NCBI GenBank assembly: GCA_963708135.1
Contig: OY970192.1
Span: 4,448,001-4,512,000 of the forward strand
Direction: 5' to 3'
Length of the DNA stretch: 64,000 bases
Source: an uncultured Gemmatimonadales bacterium
Lineage (GTDB): Bacteria; Gemmatimonadota; Gemmatimonadetes; Longimicrobiales; RSA9
In this document: piece after piece, positions 1 through 11,717 of the stretch
How the letters are laid out: every line of letters begins with the position of its first letter
Numbering within the stretch: the first letter of the stretch is position 1
Position numbers and translations under genes: made by a program
Notes under the pieces: model-generated
What the model saw: only the letters and a program-made list of their open reading frames with translations
The model's database searches: none
Told to the model about the DNA's origin: nothing

Positions 1-252
1 CGCCGATCTGTACGCGAACCTGCGCAAACTCTTGAAATCTCACGTTGTTATGCACCCAGTTGGCCGTGGCAAGTCGGACTGGGCCGCAGCCGCCCGTCAC
101 ACCACGCCTGAACGTGCCCGAGAGGGTTCCTGAGGGGGCACAGAACTTGTTTCCTGGACGGGGGGTGTGGATGGGTCGAATCGGGCGGAAATATCAGCCG
201 GCCGACACGGCGATTGGTATTGGGACAAGAGAGAAAGCGACGGGTTCAACAT

Positions 253-654
253 ATGTTGAAAAGGTCGATTCAGATGATGGCGGCGCTGACCGCGTGCGTG
301 GCGGCCGCAGCGTGCGCCGCGAGTGCCTCGATGGGCAACGACTACTCCATGCAACCGGCCCCGGGGCTGGCCTCCACGGTGGTGCACGTGGAGAACAACA
401 ACTGGGCGGACATGGACGTGTTCGTGGTTCGGCAGGGTCTGCGGGCGCGGATCGGCACGGTGACGAGCATGAGCGCGGCCGATCTGAGGGTGCCGGAGAC
501 GTTGCTCGGGCCGGAGGGCGATCTTCAGCTGATGGTGGACCCGATCGGGTCGAGCCGGTCGTTCATGACGCAGCCGATGATGGTCTCGCAGGGGCAGCGA
601 GTGCGGTTCCGGGTGGAGAACAACCTCGCGCTCTCGAGCTACACCGTGCGCTGA
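253..654 (+). CDS. Small secreted protein / lipoprotein of unknown function
   Basis: MLKRSIQMMAALTACVAAAAC lipoprotein-like leader; beta-rich mature part (VHVENNNWADMDVFVV); followed by a hairpin. Confidence 0.8.
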   Translation: MLKRSIQMMAALTACVAAAACAASASMGNDYSMQPAPGLASTVVHVENNNWADMDVFVVRQGLRARIGTVTSMSAADLRVPETLLGPEGDLQLMVDPIGSSRSFMTQPMMVSQGQRVRFRVENNLALSSYTVR

Positions 655-678
655 AGCGGCGGGACGGGTGGTGGAACG

Positions 679-715
679 CGGCGGGCGCCCCGGCCGGGGC
701 GCCCGCCGTTTATGT
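679..715 (+). terminator. Probable intrinsic terminator
   Basis: CGGCGGGCGCCCC-GGCC-GGGGCGCCCGCCG stem followed by TTTAT, between convergent genes. Confidence 0.65.
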
Positions 716-743
716 GTCGGGGGAGCGGCGCCTGGGCTTCGGC

Positions 744-1535
744 TCACGGCGCCGTTCCATCGATCGGCCGCGGCGGCGGTCCGCTCGGGTCCGCCCCGCC
801 CGATTCCCGGCCGCGGCGGATGATGAGCGCGATCCAGCCGATGACGCCGATGGCGGCGAAGCTGAACCACTGGATCGCGTAGCTCAGGTGCGGTCCCTCG
901 TCGAGGGCGGGCGGCGGGAGGCGGTGGGGCACGACGGGCGCGCCGGGCTCCGGCAGCTGCTGGAGGTAGAGGGGCGAGAGCGGATAGGGGAAGCTGCCGC
1001 GCAGAGGCCCGGCGTCGATGCGGTACCAGACGCGGCGGAAGGTGTCGGCGGCGGCCTGCTCGCGTCCGGCGGGCACCGGCAGCAGGAGTCCGGCGACGTC
1101 GGCGCCGCCGGGTCGCACGAAGCGCCCCGGCGGCACGGCCGCGGCATCCTCAGCGGGCACCCACCCCATGTTGACGAGGAGCGCGCCGCCGCCGGGGAAG
1201 CGGAGCGGCACGAGGAGGTAGACGCCGGGGGTCTCCCGGAAGCTGCGGCCCGCGAGCACGATGGCGTGCGCGGGGTCCCACCGTCCGGCGGCCCGCACGC
1301 GTCGGTACTGGAGTCCCGCCGTATCCGCGGGCGGGCCTGCGAGGGTCATGGGCGGCGCGGCCATGCGCGCGGCCACGACGCGGTTGTGGATGCGGCGCTC
1401 GTGGAGCCGGTGCAGCTGCCAGATGCCGAGACGAACGCACACCGCCGCGACGAGCAGGACGATGGCGGTCGCGATGACGCCGCCGCGCGTAACGCGGAGC
1501 GGCGAACGTTCCTCTTCCCGTTCCATGATGGGCAC
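744..1535 (-). CDS. SURF1 family protein
   Basis: LGIWQLHRLHER, LLVNMGWVP and HLSYAIQWFSFA motifs; two terminal TM helices. Confidence 0.9.
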   Translation of the reverse strand: MPIMEREEERSPLRVTRGGVIATAIVLLVAAVCVRLGIWQLHRLHERRIHNRVVAARMAAPPMTLAGPPADTAGLQYRRVRAAGRWDPAHAIVLAGRSFRETPGVYLLVPLRFPGGGALLVNMGWVPAEDAAAVPPGRFVRPGGADVAGLLLPVPAGREQAAADTFRRVWYRIDAGPLRGSFPYPLSPLYLQQLPEPGAPVVPHRLPPPALDEGPHLSYAIQWFSFAAIGVIGWIALIIRRGRESGGADPSGPPPRPIDGTAP

Positions 1536-1625
1536 AGGCTAGCGAACGGCGGGGGTGTAAGCAAACCGCCGAAGGGGCGAGGCTGTCTCGCGGGGGGGGG
1601 TTCTTCGCGCGAGGAGGCTTCGTCG

Positions 1626-1892
1626 CTACCGGGAGACGAGCGTGGCGGGCCGCGCCGGGCGCGCCTGGACGAAGCGGGCCCAGCCGCGCTCGAAGCGCAC
1701 CACTCGTCCATCCGGGCCCCGCAGGAACAGGTGCGCTGCCGTGGTGGCGGCGCAGCGCACGGCGACGCCCTCCTCGAGTCCCAGGTCGGCGCAGATGCGC
1801 CGGAGTCCCTCGAAGAGGATCCCGCAGATGACCATCGTCTGGCCCGGCGCGATGGCCGCCAGGCTCGTGCCAGGATCGCTTCCGTCCGCCAT
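1626..1892 (-). CDS. Small FeoA/SH3-like domain protein
   Basis: SLAAIAPGQTMVI...LRRICADLGLEEGVAVRC pattern; GGAG upstream of ATG 1892. Confidence 0.6.
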   Translation of the reverse strand: MADGSDPGTSLAAIAPGQTMVICGILFEGLRRICADLGLEEGVAVRCAATTAAHLFLRGPDGRVVRFERGWARFVQARPARPATLVSR

Positions 1893-2146
1893 GGCCGCTC
1901 CTCCCGGGCCGCCGAGCTGGCGGCCGTGCTGGAGAAGGTAGCCTGCCGGCGCGACCGTTGGGGATCGAGGCGGTAACGCGGAGGTAAAGGGGCGCGGCCG
2001 CCGCGGGTTCGGGGGGGAGCGGCGCGCTGGCGTGCCCGTGGGCCCACGGGCTCCGTGGGAGCGCCCGCGTCGCCCTTGCCGTGCGCGTGCCGTGCCGATC
2101 ATCGTACGGGCATCCCTCGCAGCCGAGCCCGATCCCCGGAGGAGCC

Positions 2147-3805
2147 ATGGATGGCCTCATGATGGACTACCCGCTCACGATTCCCGCCCTGCTGCGGCGG
2201 GCCGAGACGCTGTACGGCCGCCGGGAGGTCGTGAGCCGGCTGGCGGACCGCAGCCTCCATCGCTACACGCTGGGCGAATGCCTGGTGCGCGCCCGTCGGC
2301 TGGGCGCGGCGCTGCGGCGCCTGGGGGTGGCGGAGGGGGACCGGGTGGCGACCTTCGCGTGGAACAACTACGCGCACCTGGAGGCGTACCTCGGCGTGCC
2401 GTCCGTGGGGGCGGTGGTGCACACGCTGAACATCCGGTTGCACGCGGACGAGCTGTCCTACATCGCCTCGCACGCGGGGGACCGCGTGGCCATCGTGGAC
2501 GCCTCGCTGCTGCCGGCGTTCGAGGCGTTCCGGCGGCGGGCGCCATTTGAGCACGTGATCGTCTACGGCGACGCGGGGGAGACCGCGTCGCATTCCCACC
2601 TCGAGTACGAGGCGCTGCTGGGCGCGGAGGCGAAACCGTCGGGGGAGTGGCCGGAGCTCGATGAGCGGTCCGCCGCCGTGCTCTGCTACACGTCGGGGAC
2701 CACGGGGCGGCCGAAGGGCGTGCTGTACTCGCACCGGGCGCTGATGCTGCACTCGCTGGGCGCGATCGCGGCGGATGGCTTCGGCTTCGGCCCCGCGGAC
2801 ACGGTGCTCCCGGTGGTGCCGATGTTCCACGCCAACGGCTGGGGGTTGCCGTTCACGGCGCCGCTCGTGGGCGCGAAGCTCGTGCTGCCGGGGCCCTTCA
2901 TGGACCCGAACAGCCTGCTCGAGCTGATCGAGCGGGAGCGGGTCACCCACGCGTTCGGCGTGCCCACGATCTGGAACGGGATCCTCCAGGCGCTCGACGC
3001 GGCTCCCGGGGCGCGGGATGTGTCGTCGCTCCGGATGATGGGGGTCGGCGGCTCGGCCGTGCCGCGCAGCATGATCGAGGCGTTCCAGGAGCGGCACGGG
3101 CTGCGCGTGACGCAGGGCTGGGGCATGACGGAGACGTCGCCGATCGCTTCGGTCGCCGCGCTGCCGGCCGAGCTGCGCGACGCGCCCGCCGCAGAGCGCT
3201 ACACCTACCTAACCCGGCAGGGGATGCCGCTGCCGTTCATCGAGATCCGCGCCCGCAACACGGAGGGGCTGGTGCCGTGGGACGGCGAGACAGCCGGGGA
3301 GCTGGAGGTGCGGGGGCCGTGGATCGCGGCGTCGTATTACGACAGCCCCGAGTCGGCGGACCGCTTCACCGCCGACGGATGGTTCCGTACGGGCGACGTG
3401 GTGACGATCGACAAGCACGGCTCGATCCTGATCACCGACCGGATCAAGGACCTGATCAAGTCGGGCGGCGAATGGATCAGCTCGATCGCGCTGGAGAATG
3501 CGCTCATGGGGCACCCGGCGGTGGCCGAGGCCGCCGTCATCGCGGTGCCGGACGAAAAGTGGTCGGAGCGCCCGTTGGCGGCCGTGGCGCTGCGTCCCGG
3601 CAAGAGCGCGAGCGCGCGCGAGCTGCGCGCCTTCATCGCCCCGCAGTTCCCGGCCTGGTGGCTGCCGGAGCGCTTCGAGTTCGTGGACGAGATCCCGCGC
3701 ACCTCGGTCGGCAAGTTCCTGAAGTCGGCGCTGCGGGAGCGCTTCGCGGGGGGCGAGGCCGCCCCCGTCCCGCCGCCCTCCGCTACTTCAGCTCGCGGAC
3801 CCTGA
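2147..3805 (+). CDS. Long-chain fatty acid--CoA ligase (AMP-binding)
   Basis: YTSGTTGRPKG, QGWGMTETSP, FRTGD and DRIKDLIKSGGEWI motifs; GGAGGAG RBS. Confidence 0.93.
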   Translation: MDGLMMDYPLTIPALLRRAETLYGRREVVSRLADRSLHRYTLGECLVRARRLGAALRRLGVAEGDRVATFAWNNYAHLEAYLGVPSVGAVVHTLNIRLHADELSYIASHAGDRVAIVDASLLPAFEAFRRRAPFEHVIVYGDAGETASHSHLEYEALLGAEAKPSGEWPELDERSAAVLCYTSGTTGRPKGVLYSHRALMLHSLGAIAADGFGFGPADTVLPVVPMFHANGWGLPFTAPLVGAKLVLPGPFMDPNSLLELIERERVTHAFGVPTIWNGILQALDAAPGARDVSSLRMMGVGGSAVPRSMIEAFQERHGLRVTQGWGMTETSPIASVAALPAELRDAPAAERYTYLTRQGMPLPFIEIRARNTEGLVPWDGETAGELEVRGPWIAASYYDSPESADRFTADGWFRTGDVVTIDKHGSILITDRIKDLIKSGGEWISSIALENALMGHPAVAEAAVIAVPDEKWSERPLAAVALRPGKSASARELRAFIAPQFPAWWLPERFEFVDEIPRTSVGKFLKSALRERFAGGEAAPVPPPSATSARGP

Positions 3806-4595
3806 TGTTGCGGAAGGCGACGTTGAAGCCGTGGTCCTGGAGGTCGATGTAGCCGCTGTCGGCATTCCCGAAGCCGGGCCACTGGTGGAACTTGCTGTCG
3901 GCGACGCGCTTGTCGAAGTCGCCGCTGCCGAGCACGTACTCGGCGGCCTTGACGCCGTTCAGCCAGTGCTCGACGTGCCGGTCGTGCACGATGATGCGGG
4001 CGTGGTTCCACCGCCCGGCCGGCCGCGCGAGGTGGCCGGGGATGGCGTAGAGCCCGAAGACGGAGCCCGCCGAGGTGAGCAGCGACTTGCCGTCCGGGTA
4101 GTTCGGGTCGTCCAGCAGCTGGTACTCCGGCCCCGTCTCGTACGGCGCGTCCGCCGTTTCCAGCACCCGGTACATGACGCCGCTGTTGCCGCCGTGCTGG
4201 ATCTTCCAGTCGAACGCCAGATCGAAGTCGTGGTACTTCTTCGTCGTGACGAGATCCACGGCCTCGTTCTCCGCGCGCGGGCTGCCGGCCGCTGCGCCCC
4301 CGATGGTCGGCACGCACGTGAGCGTCCCGTCCACGACCCGCCACATGGCCGGCACCGACTTCATGCGGTAGCCGCGCCAGCCGGCGGTGGTCCGGCCGTC
4401 GAACAGCAGGACCCAGCCCTCGGCCTTCTCTTTCGCGCTCAGCGCGTTCAACGGCCCCTGTGCTCCGGGGCCGGGGCGGGCGAGGGTGCGCTCGGCGCCG
4501 AGCGCGGATGCGGCAGGGCCGCTGCCGGCCGCGAAGGCCGCGGCGGCCACCAGGACGATCGGACCGGCCGAGATGGCCGCCAAGCGATGCCTCAT
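3783..4595 (-). CDS. DUF1080 (3-keto-disaccharide hydrolase family) secreted protein
   Basis: GWVLLFDG, GGNSGVMY, EYQLLDD and LQDHG motifs; signal peptide. Confidence 0.88.
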   Translation of the reverse strand: MRHRLAAISAGPIVLVAAAAFAAGSGPAASALGAERTLARPGPGAQGPLNALSAKEKAEGWVLLFDGRTTAGWRGYRMKSVPAMWRVVDGTLTCVPTIGGAAAGSPRAENEAVDLVTTKKYHDFDLAFDWKIQHGGNSGVMYRVLETADAPYETGPEYQLLDDPNYPDGKSLLTSAGSVFGLYAIPGHLARPAGRWNHARIIVHDRHVEHWLNGVKAAEYVLGSGDFDKRVADSKFHQWPGFGNADSGYIDLQDHGFNVAFRNIRVRELK

Positions 4596-4621
4596 GCCTC
4601 TTCTCTCCCGTGGCTCGTGAA

Positions 4622-6730
4622 TTACCAGATGTGCGGCACCAGCGAGTCGGGGCGCACCATCGCGTCTCCCGGCTTGCAGCCGAAGGCCCTGGCGAAGGCC
4701 GCCATGTCGGATAGCGGCCCGTTCACGCGCCAGTGCTCGGGGGCGTGCGGGTCGACCATCACGCGGTTGCGTAACGCCTCGGGGCGGTAGTGGACACGCC
4801 AGCTCTGGGCGTAGCCGAGGAAGAAGCGCTGCTCCGGGGTGAAGCCGTCGATCGGGCCGGGGCGCCCGTCGCGAGCGAGAGCCCGCTCGAGGGCGTCATA
4901 GGCGGTGAGCAGGCCGCCGTAGTCGGCGATGTTCTCGCCAAGGGTGAGGCGCCCGTTCACGTGGATCGTGTCGACCTGGACGTAGCCGTCGAACTGCTTC
5001 ACCATCAGGGCGGCCTCACGCGAGAAGTGGGCGGAGTCCGCGTCCGTCCACCAGTCGCGCAGGTTGCCCTCGGCGTCGTAGTGACGTCCCTCGTCGTCGA
5101 AGCCGTGGGTCAGCTCGTGCCCGGCCCAGCTGCCGCCGAGGGAGCCGTAGTTCGCGCCGTCGTCGGCCTGCGGGTCGAACGTCTGCGGCTGCAGCGCGCC
5201 GGCGGGGAAGACCATCTCGTTCTTCGAGGGGTCGTAGTAGGCGTTCACGGTGGGCACGGTCATGTCCCACTCGGTCGTGTCCACGGGCTGGCCGGGCCGG
5301 TCAACCGTGCGGCGCCACTCGAAGGCCGCCGCGTTCTCGAGGTTCGAGATGAACGGGCCGGACCCGACGTCGAGCGCGGAGTAGTCCCGCCAGCGGCTCG
5401 GGTAGCCGATCTTCTCGTGCAGGTGCGCCAGCTTGTCCAGCGCCTGCGCGCGGGTGCTGTCCGACATCCAGTCCAGCCGCTCCAGCCGCTGGCCGAAGCT
5501 CGCCTTGATGTCCTCGATGACCGCGGTGGCCTTCGCCTTGGCCTCGGGCGGGAACGTCTTCTCCACGTATGCCTCACCGAGCGCCTCTCCCATCATGCGG
5601 TCGGTCACGCGCAGGCAGCGCTTCCAGCGCGGCAGCATCTGCTTCGCGCCCGAGAAGCGGGAATTGAAGGCGAAGTCCTCCTCGGCGAACGGGGTGCTCA
5701 GCCAGGGCGCCGCCTCGGACAGCGCGTGGTAGCGCAGGTAGGCGCGCCAGTCCGCGAGCGGGCGGTCGGCGAGCAGCCGACTCACGCGCCGGAAGAACGC
5801 CGGCACTGCCACGTTCACGCGCGTCACCGCCACCGTGAGCCCGATGCTGCGGAAGTAGGCCGGCCAGTCGATGGCGGGTGCGAGCGTGTCGAGGGCTGCG
5901 GCGGGCATCGGGTGGTCCGTGGCGGCCGGGTCGCGCCGCTCGACGCGGCGCAGCGACGCGCGGGCGAGCTCGGTCTCGAGCGCGAGCACGCGCGCCGCGT
6001 CGGCGCGGGCGGCGGCGTCGCCTTCCCCGGCCAGCCCGAGCAGCCGCGCCACGTGGGTCAGGTACGCCTCCCGCAGCGCCCGCGCGGCGGAGTCCGTCTT
6101 CGTGTAATAGTCGCGGTCCGGCAACCCCAGCCCACCCTGGTCGAACGCGGCGATGTAGTGCTCGGCGTCGTGCGGATCGACTTCCGCGCGGTAGCGGAAG
6201 GCGACGTTGGCGCCGCTCCGCTGCAGCGCCGCGATGCGGTCCACGAGAGCCGCCCGCGACGTGATCGCGTCGATCCGGGCGAGCACCGGCCGGATCGGCG
6301 TCGCGCCGGCGCGCTCGACGGTCGTGGAGTCCATGCACGTGCCGTAGAACGTGCCGAGCTTCCGCTCCGTGCCGCCCTCCGGCAGCGAGGGCGCGCGCGC
6401 GACCGCGTCCTCCAGCACCGCCCGCACGACGAGCTCGTTGCGATCGCCCATGTCGCGCCCGACGCCCGACGAGGAGTACGCCGCCGGGATCGTGTCGTGC
6501 GCCAGCCAGGCGCCGTTCGCGAACTGGAAGAAGTCCGTGCACGCGCCGGCGGAGCGGTCGATGTCGCTCGGATCGACCACCTTCAGCTTCGGCAGCGTGA
6601 CGCCGGGCTTGTCGCCCGCCTGGGCGGCCGCGGGTGCGCGGACGAAGAGAGGGCCGAGGACGGCGGCGAGCGCGAGCGCGGCGGCGGCGCCCGGGCGCGC
6701 GCGACGGCCGGGAAGTCTGATCACGGTCAT
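4622..6730 (-). CDS. M13 family metallopeptidase
   Basis: CTDFFQFANG, VNAYY, HELTHGFDD and GENIAD motifs; start approximate. Confidence 0.93.
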   Translation of the reverse strand: MTVIRLPGRRARPGAAAALALAAVLGPLFVRAPAAAQAGDKPGVTLPKLKVVDPSDIDRSAGACTDFFQFANGAWLAHDTIPAAYSSSGVGRDMGDRNELVVRAVLEDAVARAPSLPEGGTERKLGTFYGTCMDSTTVERAGATPIRPVLARIDAITSRAALVDRIAALQRSGANVAFRYRAEVDPHDAEHYIAAFDQGGLGLPDRDYYTKTDSAARALREAYLTHVARLLGLAGEGDAAARADAARVLALETELARASLRRVERRDPAATDHPMPAAALDTLAPAIDWPAYFRSIGLTVAVTRVNVAVPAFFRRVSRLLADRPLADWRAYLRYHALSEAAPWLSTPFAEEDFAFNSRFSGAKQMLPRWKRCLRVTDRMMGEALGEAYVEKTFPPEAKAKATAVIEDIKASFGQRLERLDWMSDSTRAQALDKLAHLHEKIGYPSRWRDYSALDVGSGPFISNLENAAAFEWRRTVDRPGQPVDTTEWDMTVPTVNAYYDPSKNEMVFPAGALQPQTFDPQADDGANYGSLGGSWAGHELTHGFDDEGRHYDAEGNLRDWWTDADSAHFSREAALMVKQFDGYVQVDTIHVNGRLTLGENIADYGGLLTAYDALERALARDGRPGPIDGFTPEQRFFLGYAQSWRVHYRPEALRNRVMVDPHAPEHWRVNGPLSDMAAFARAFGCKPGDAMVRPDSLVPHIW

Positions 6731-6996
6731 GATGTCCGAGCTCGATGAAGTCTCGTGCGACGCCGATGGATCGCCTTGCGCGCGTATCATAACCCGCCCG
6801 GCGCGGCGCCGCACGGGCGCGGCGCCCGCGCGGACGGACGGATCTTCGGCGCGTGGGACCGGTACGCAGATGTAGCGGACCGGCGCGCCCGCCGGCTCCG
6901 GCGGCCGGCCGGCCGCAGGTGGGGCAAAGCCCAACCGGCAGGGGATTTGCGGCGGGGCCGGTGTTTTCCTCATTCGGCGCGGAGTAGCGTAGCGGT

Positions 6997-8363
<1,367 letters not shown>

Positions 8364-8367
<4 letters not shown>

Positions 8368-9905
8368 GCGTCGCCGCGAAGCTCGCGGGGGCGTTCGGCT
8401 TCCTGGCGCTGCTGCTCGCCGCGATGATGGCGTACCACATCTCCACGACGCGGCAGGCGGTGGCCACGAGCTACGAGCTCTCCGCGATCTTCGCCCGCCT
8501 CCAGCTCGCCTCCACGCGCCAGCTCGACCCGATCGACGCGGCGGCCAGCAAGTACTGGGTCACGCGTGATCCCGGCTACCGCGCCAAGGTCGAGGAGACG
8601 AGCGCCGCGTTCGAGGCGACGCTGCGCCGGCTCGCGGCCGACTCCCTCACGCTGCCCGAGCGCGCCGCGGCCATCCGGCTCGCCGCCTCCTGGCGGGTGT
8701 TCCGCCCCGAGGAGGCCCGCTTCGAGGCGGCCGTCGCCGCGGGCGACGAGGCCGCCGCCGGCGCCGCGCTCGCCTCGCTCCGCCAGCGCCTCTCCGAGCT
8801 GGACGGCCGGCTGCGCCGCCTCGGTGACGCCTCGCGGGACGCCGCGATCCGGCGCCTGGCCGAGTCCACCGCGGCCGCGCGCGCCGCCGCGCGCGTGTCC
8901 CTCGCCGCCATCCTCGTCGCGCTGCTGCTCGGCGTGCTCGTGGCGGGCGGCATCGTACGCTCGATCGCCCGCTCGCTGGGCCGGCTGCGCGACGGCACCC
9001 GCGAGGTGGCGCAGGGCAACTTCGAGTACCGGATCGAGGCAGGTCCGGAGCAGGAGCTCGCGCAGCTCGCGCGCGACTTCAACCGCATGACGGCGCGGCT
9101 GGGCGAGCTCGACCGGATGAAGGAGGACTTCCTGTCCAAGGTCTCGCACGACCTCAAGACGCCGCTCGCCTCGATGCAGGAGACCACCCGGATCCTGCAG
9201 GACGAGATCCCGGGCCCGCTCACGCCGAGACAGCGCCGCCTGCTCGAGCTCAGCCACCAGACCGGCGAGCGGCTTTCCGCCATGATCGGCAAGATCCTCG
9301 ACCTCTCGGCGCTCGAGGCCGGCACGATCCCGCTCGAGCTCCGGCGCACCGACCTGGCCCGGCTCGCCGCGCGCGCCATCGAGAGCGCCACGCCGGCCGC
9401 GGCCGAGCGCGGCATCTCCCTCGAGGCGGACCTCCCCGAAGCCCCCCTCCTCGTCGAGTGCGACGCCGACCATATCCTGCGCGTGCTCGACAACCTGCTC
9501 GAGAACGCCGTCAAGTTCTCCCCGACCGGCGCCGCCGTCGAGGTCGGGGTGGGCAACGGTGCGCAGCCGCTCGGGCCGGAGGCAGGCGGCCTTGCAGGCG
9601 ACGCGGCCGCGGGCGGCGTCGCCTTCGTGTCCGTGACGGATGCCGGGCCGGGCGTGCCGGACGAGGACAAGGAGAAGATCTTCGAGCGCTTCTACCAGGC
9701 GGCGGGCGGACGGGGCAGCCGCGGCCGCGGCGTCGGCCTCGGCCTCACGATCTGCCGCGAGATCGTCGAGGCCCACCACGGCGCGATCTGGGTGGCCGAC
9801 GGCGAGGCGGGCGGCAGCGTCTTCCGGGTCGCCCTGCCGCGCGCGGGCCGGACGGCCGGGCGGGAGGTGTCGCACCCCCGTACCCCCATGACCGCAGGGA
9901 GCTGA
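8364..9905 (+). CDS. HAMP-domain sensor histidine kinase
   Basis: Two TM helices, HAMP, SHDLKTPL H-box, NAVKFS, GVGLGL; GTGA overlap with the regulator. Confidence 0.93.
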
Positions 9906-9908
9906 GCC

Positions 9909-10502
9909 ATGCGAGCCTTCCGCATCGCGGCCATCCTGGCCCTCGCGGCCGCGGCCGGCTGCGCGACGACACAGCTCGAGCGGCGCTTCGACGAGGGCCG
10001 CTACCAGGATGTTGCAAGCCTCTTCGACAGCGATCCACATCTCTGGGCCGACGAGGGGGCGGTCTACCGCGCCATCATCGCCCGCGTGCTGCCGGAGAGC
10101 CCGGCCTACGCGCCGGTCCGCGCCCGCACCGACATCCGCAGGTATCTCCAGCTGTTCCCGGACGCGAAGCACGCCCCCGAGGCGCGCCACCTCTCGCAGC
10201 TCGTGGGCGAGGTGCTCCGCCTCGACACGGCGGGAAGCGCGTGCGCCAGCACCGCGGGCCGACTGGTCGCCGACACGGCGGAGCTCCATGCGCGGCTCGA
10301 CTCCCTGACGCGCGTGGTGGCCGTGCAGCGCGAGCAGTTCGACTCGCTCCGCACGGCCACCCAGGCCGAGGCCCGCCAGCGCGACGTGCAGATCCGGGGG
10401 CTCCAGGACGAGCTGGACCGCCTCAAGGCGATCGACCTCGGCTCGCCCCGCCGCCCCCCGCACGCGGCCCCGCCCGACACCACCGCGCCCGGCCGCTCCT
10501 GA
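9909..10502 (+). CDS. Helical/coiled-coil lipoprotein co-transcribed with the two-component system
   Basis: AAAGC lipobox; C-terminal LQDELDRLKAID coiled coil; starts 3 bp after the kinase. Confidence 0.8.
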   Translation: MRAFRIAAILALAAAAGCATTQLERRFDEGRYQDVASLFDSDPHLWADEGAVYRAIIARVLPESPAYAPVRARTDIRRYLQLFPDAKHAPEARHLSQLVGEVLRLDTAGSACASTAGRLVADTAELHARLDSLTRVVAVQREQFDSLRTATQAEARQRDVQIRGLQDELDRLKAIDLGSPRRPPHAAPPDTTAPGRS

Positions 10503-10586
10503 CGCGACCCGACCGGAGCCTGGACGCGGACCGCTCGCGCGGTGCGTTCCGGCTCCGGCCGAGAGGAGCGGCCGGGCCCTTCCGGC

Positions 10587-11150
10587 CTAGTTGGAGCCGG
10601 CGTCGGCCCCCGTGATCGACACCTTGCCCGTGCAGGTCCCGTTCGCGCCCTGCAGCTGGACCGTGTAGTCGCCCGGCTTGGCCACGCTCGAGTTCAGGCT
10701 CAGCCACACGACCTGCGGCGCGTGCTCGTCGGCGTTTGCAGCCGCCGGCGCCGCCGGCTGCGCCGCGACCGGATTCGCGTTCGACTTGGCCGCCGCGTGC
10801 GCCGCCGCATCGCTCGCCGGCGCCGCCGCCGGCTTGCTCGCGGGCTCGGTGGCGCTCGCCGCCGCCTGTCCGCTCGCCTGGTCCGCCGGCGCCAGCGCGA
10901 CCTGCACGCCACTGCCCTCCTCCTGAACCGAAACCGCGCTCACATCGCCGATCGACTGCGTGAGCGCCGCCCGAAGCTGGAACGCGTCCTTCTGCACCTT
11001 GAGCGCTTGCGGCGCGATCGTCGCCGAGCAGGCCGGCTGCTGCGCCGCTGCCTTCGCGGGCTCCTGCGCCGCGAGCGCGCCCGCCATCATCAGGATCCCC
11101 GCGCCCGCGGCGAGGGTCGGCGTCAGAAGCTGCTTGCCGTGTCGCATCAT
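10587..11150 (-). CDS. Secreted hypothetical protein with Ala/Pro-rich insert
   Basis: Signal peptide ALAAQ; two Cys bracketing a beta-rich domain; GGGAGG RBS. Confidence 0.72.
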   Translation of the reverse strand: MMRHGKQLLTPTLAAGAGILMMAGALAAQEPAKAAAQQPACSATIAPQALKVQKDAFQLRAALTQSIGDVSAVSVQEEGSGVQVALAPADQASGQAAASATEPASKPAAAPASDAAAHAAAKSNANPVAAQPAAPAAANADEHAPQVVWLSLNSSVAKPGDYTVQLQGANGTCTGKVSITGADAGSN

Positions 11151-11217
11151 TCACTGCCTCCCGTGTCTCGATGTCGTTGCCTCGGCGGTCTCGCCGCCGG
11201 CTCGACCGGTCCGGAAG

Positions 11218-11232
11218 GCAATCGGCGTACCC
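11218..11232 (-). promoter_or_regulatory. Candidate sigma-54 (-24/-12) promoter
   Basis: GGGTACGCCGATTGC vs consensus TGGCACG-N4-TTGC, with correct GG-N10-GC spacing; palindrome GGGAAATTTTCCC at 11319-11331 further upstream. Confidence 0.6.
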
Positions 11233-11421
11233 GCCGCAGGTGGGAGGTTAAGTTGTTGTGGCGTGGACTGTTAGTTGACTACTGCCAGAAGCGGCCGGCC
11301 ACCGGTCGGCAGGGAACCGGGAAATTTTCCCCGCCCGTTCCGGCGCTGGATGTGGACGGACGCGGTGCGCCTGGGGCGGTGCGCGCGTGGGCGGCGCCCG
11401 CGGCGGCCGGCGTCCCGGCGC

Positions 11422-11688
11422 TCAGCGGAACATGGCCGGATTGATCTCCAGCGAGACCTCGCTCACTCGGTCCGCCGGCAGGCCGGCGCGCCGGGCATGC
11501 TCGAGCACCGCTTCCGCGCTCGGCGCATCGTACTCGCAGTAGATCTTGCCCGCCGCGTCCGACACGTAGCTACGGATCCAGACGACGTCGGGCATGCCGT
11601 CGAGCACCTCGTTGGAGCGGCGCGCGGCGGCGTCCAGCTCCTCGCGCGTGAGTTGGCCGACGGATCGCTCGATGATGTAGCGTGGCAT
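11422..11688 (-). CDS. DUF4242 (SCO4226-like) small protein
   Basis: MPRYIIER...VVWIRSYV...KIYCEYDAPSAEAVLEHARRAGLPADRVSEV; GGGAGGA RBS. Confidence 0.85.
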   Translation of the reverse strand: MPRYIIERSVGQLTREELDAAARRSNEVLDGMPDVVWIRSYVSDAAGKIYCEYDAPSAEAVLEHARRAGLPADRVSEVSLEINPAMFR

Positions 11689-11717
11689 CGTGTCCTCCCG
11701 TTCCGTGTGTGTGTCCG

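Noticed and set aside
202..219. Possible sigma-54 promoter GACACGGCGATTGGTA before the first gene
   Set aside because: Both invariant dinucleotides (GG and GC) are altered
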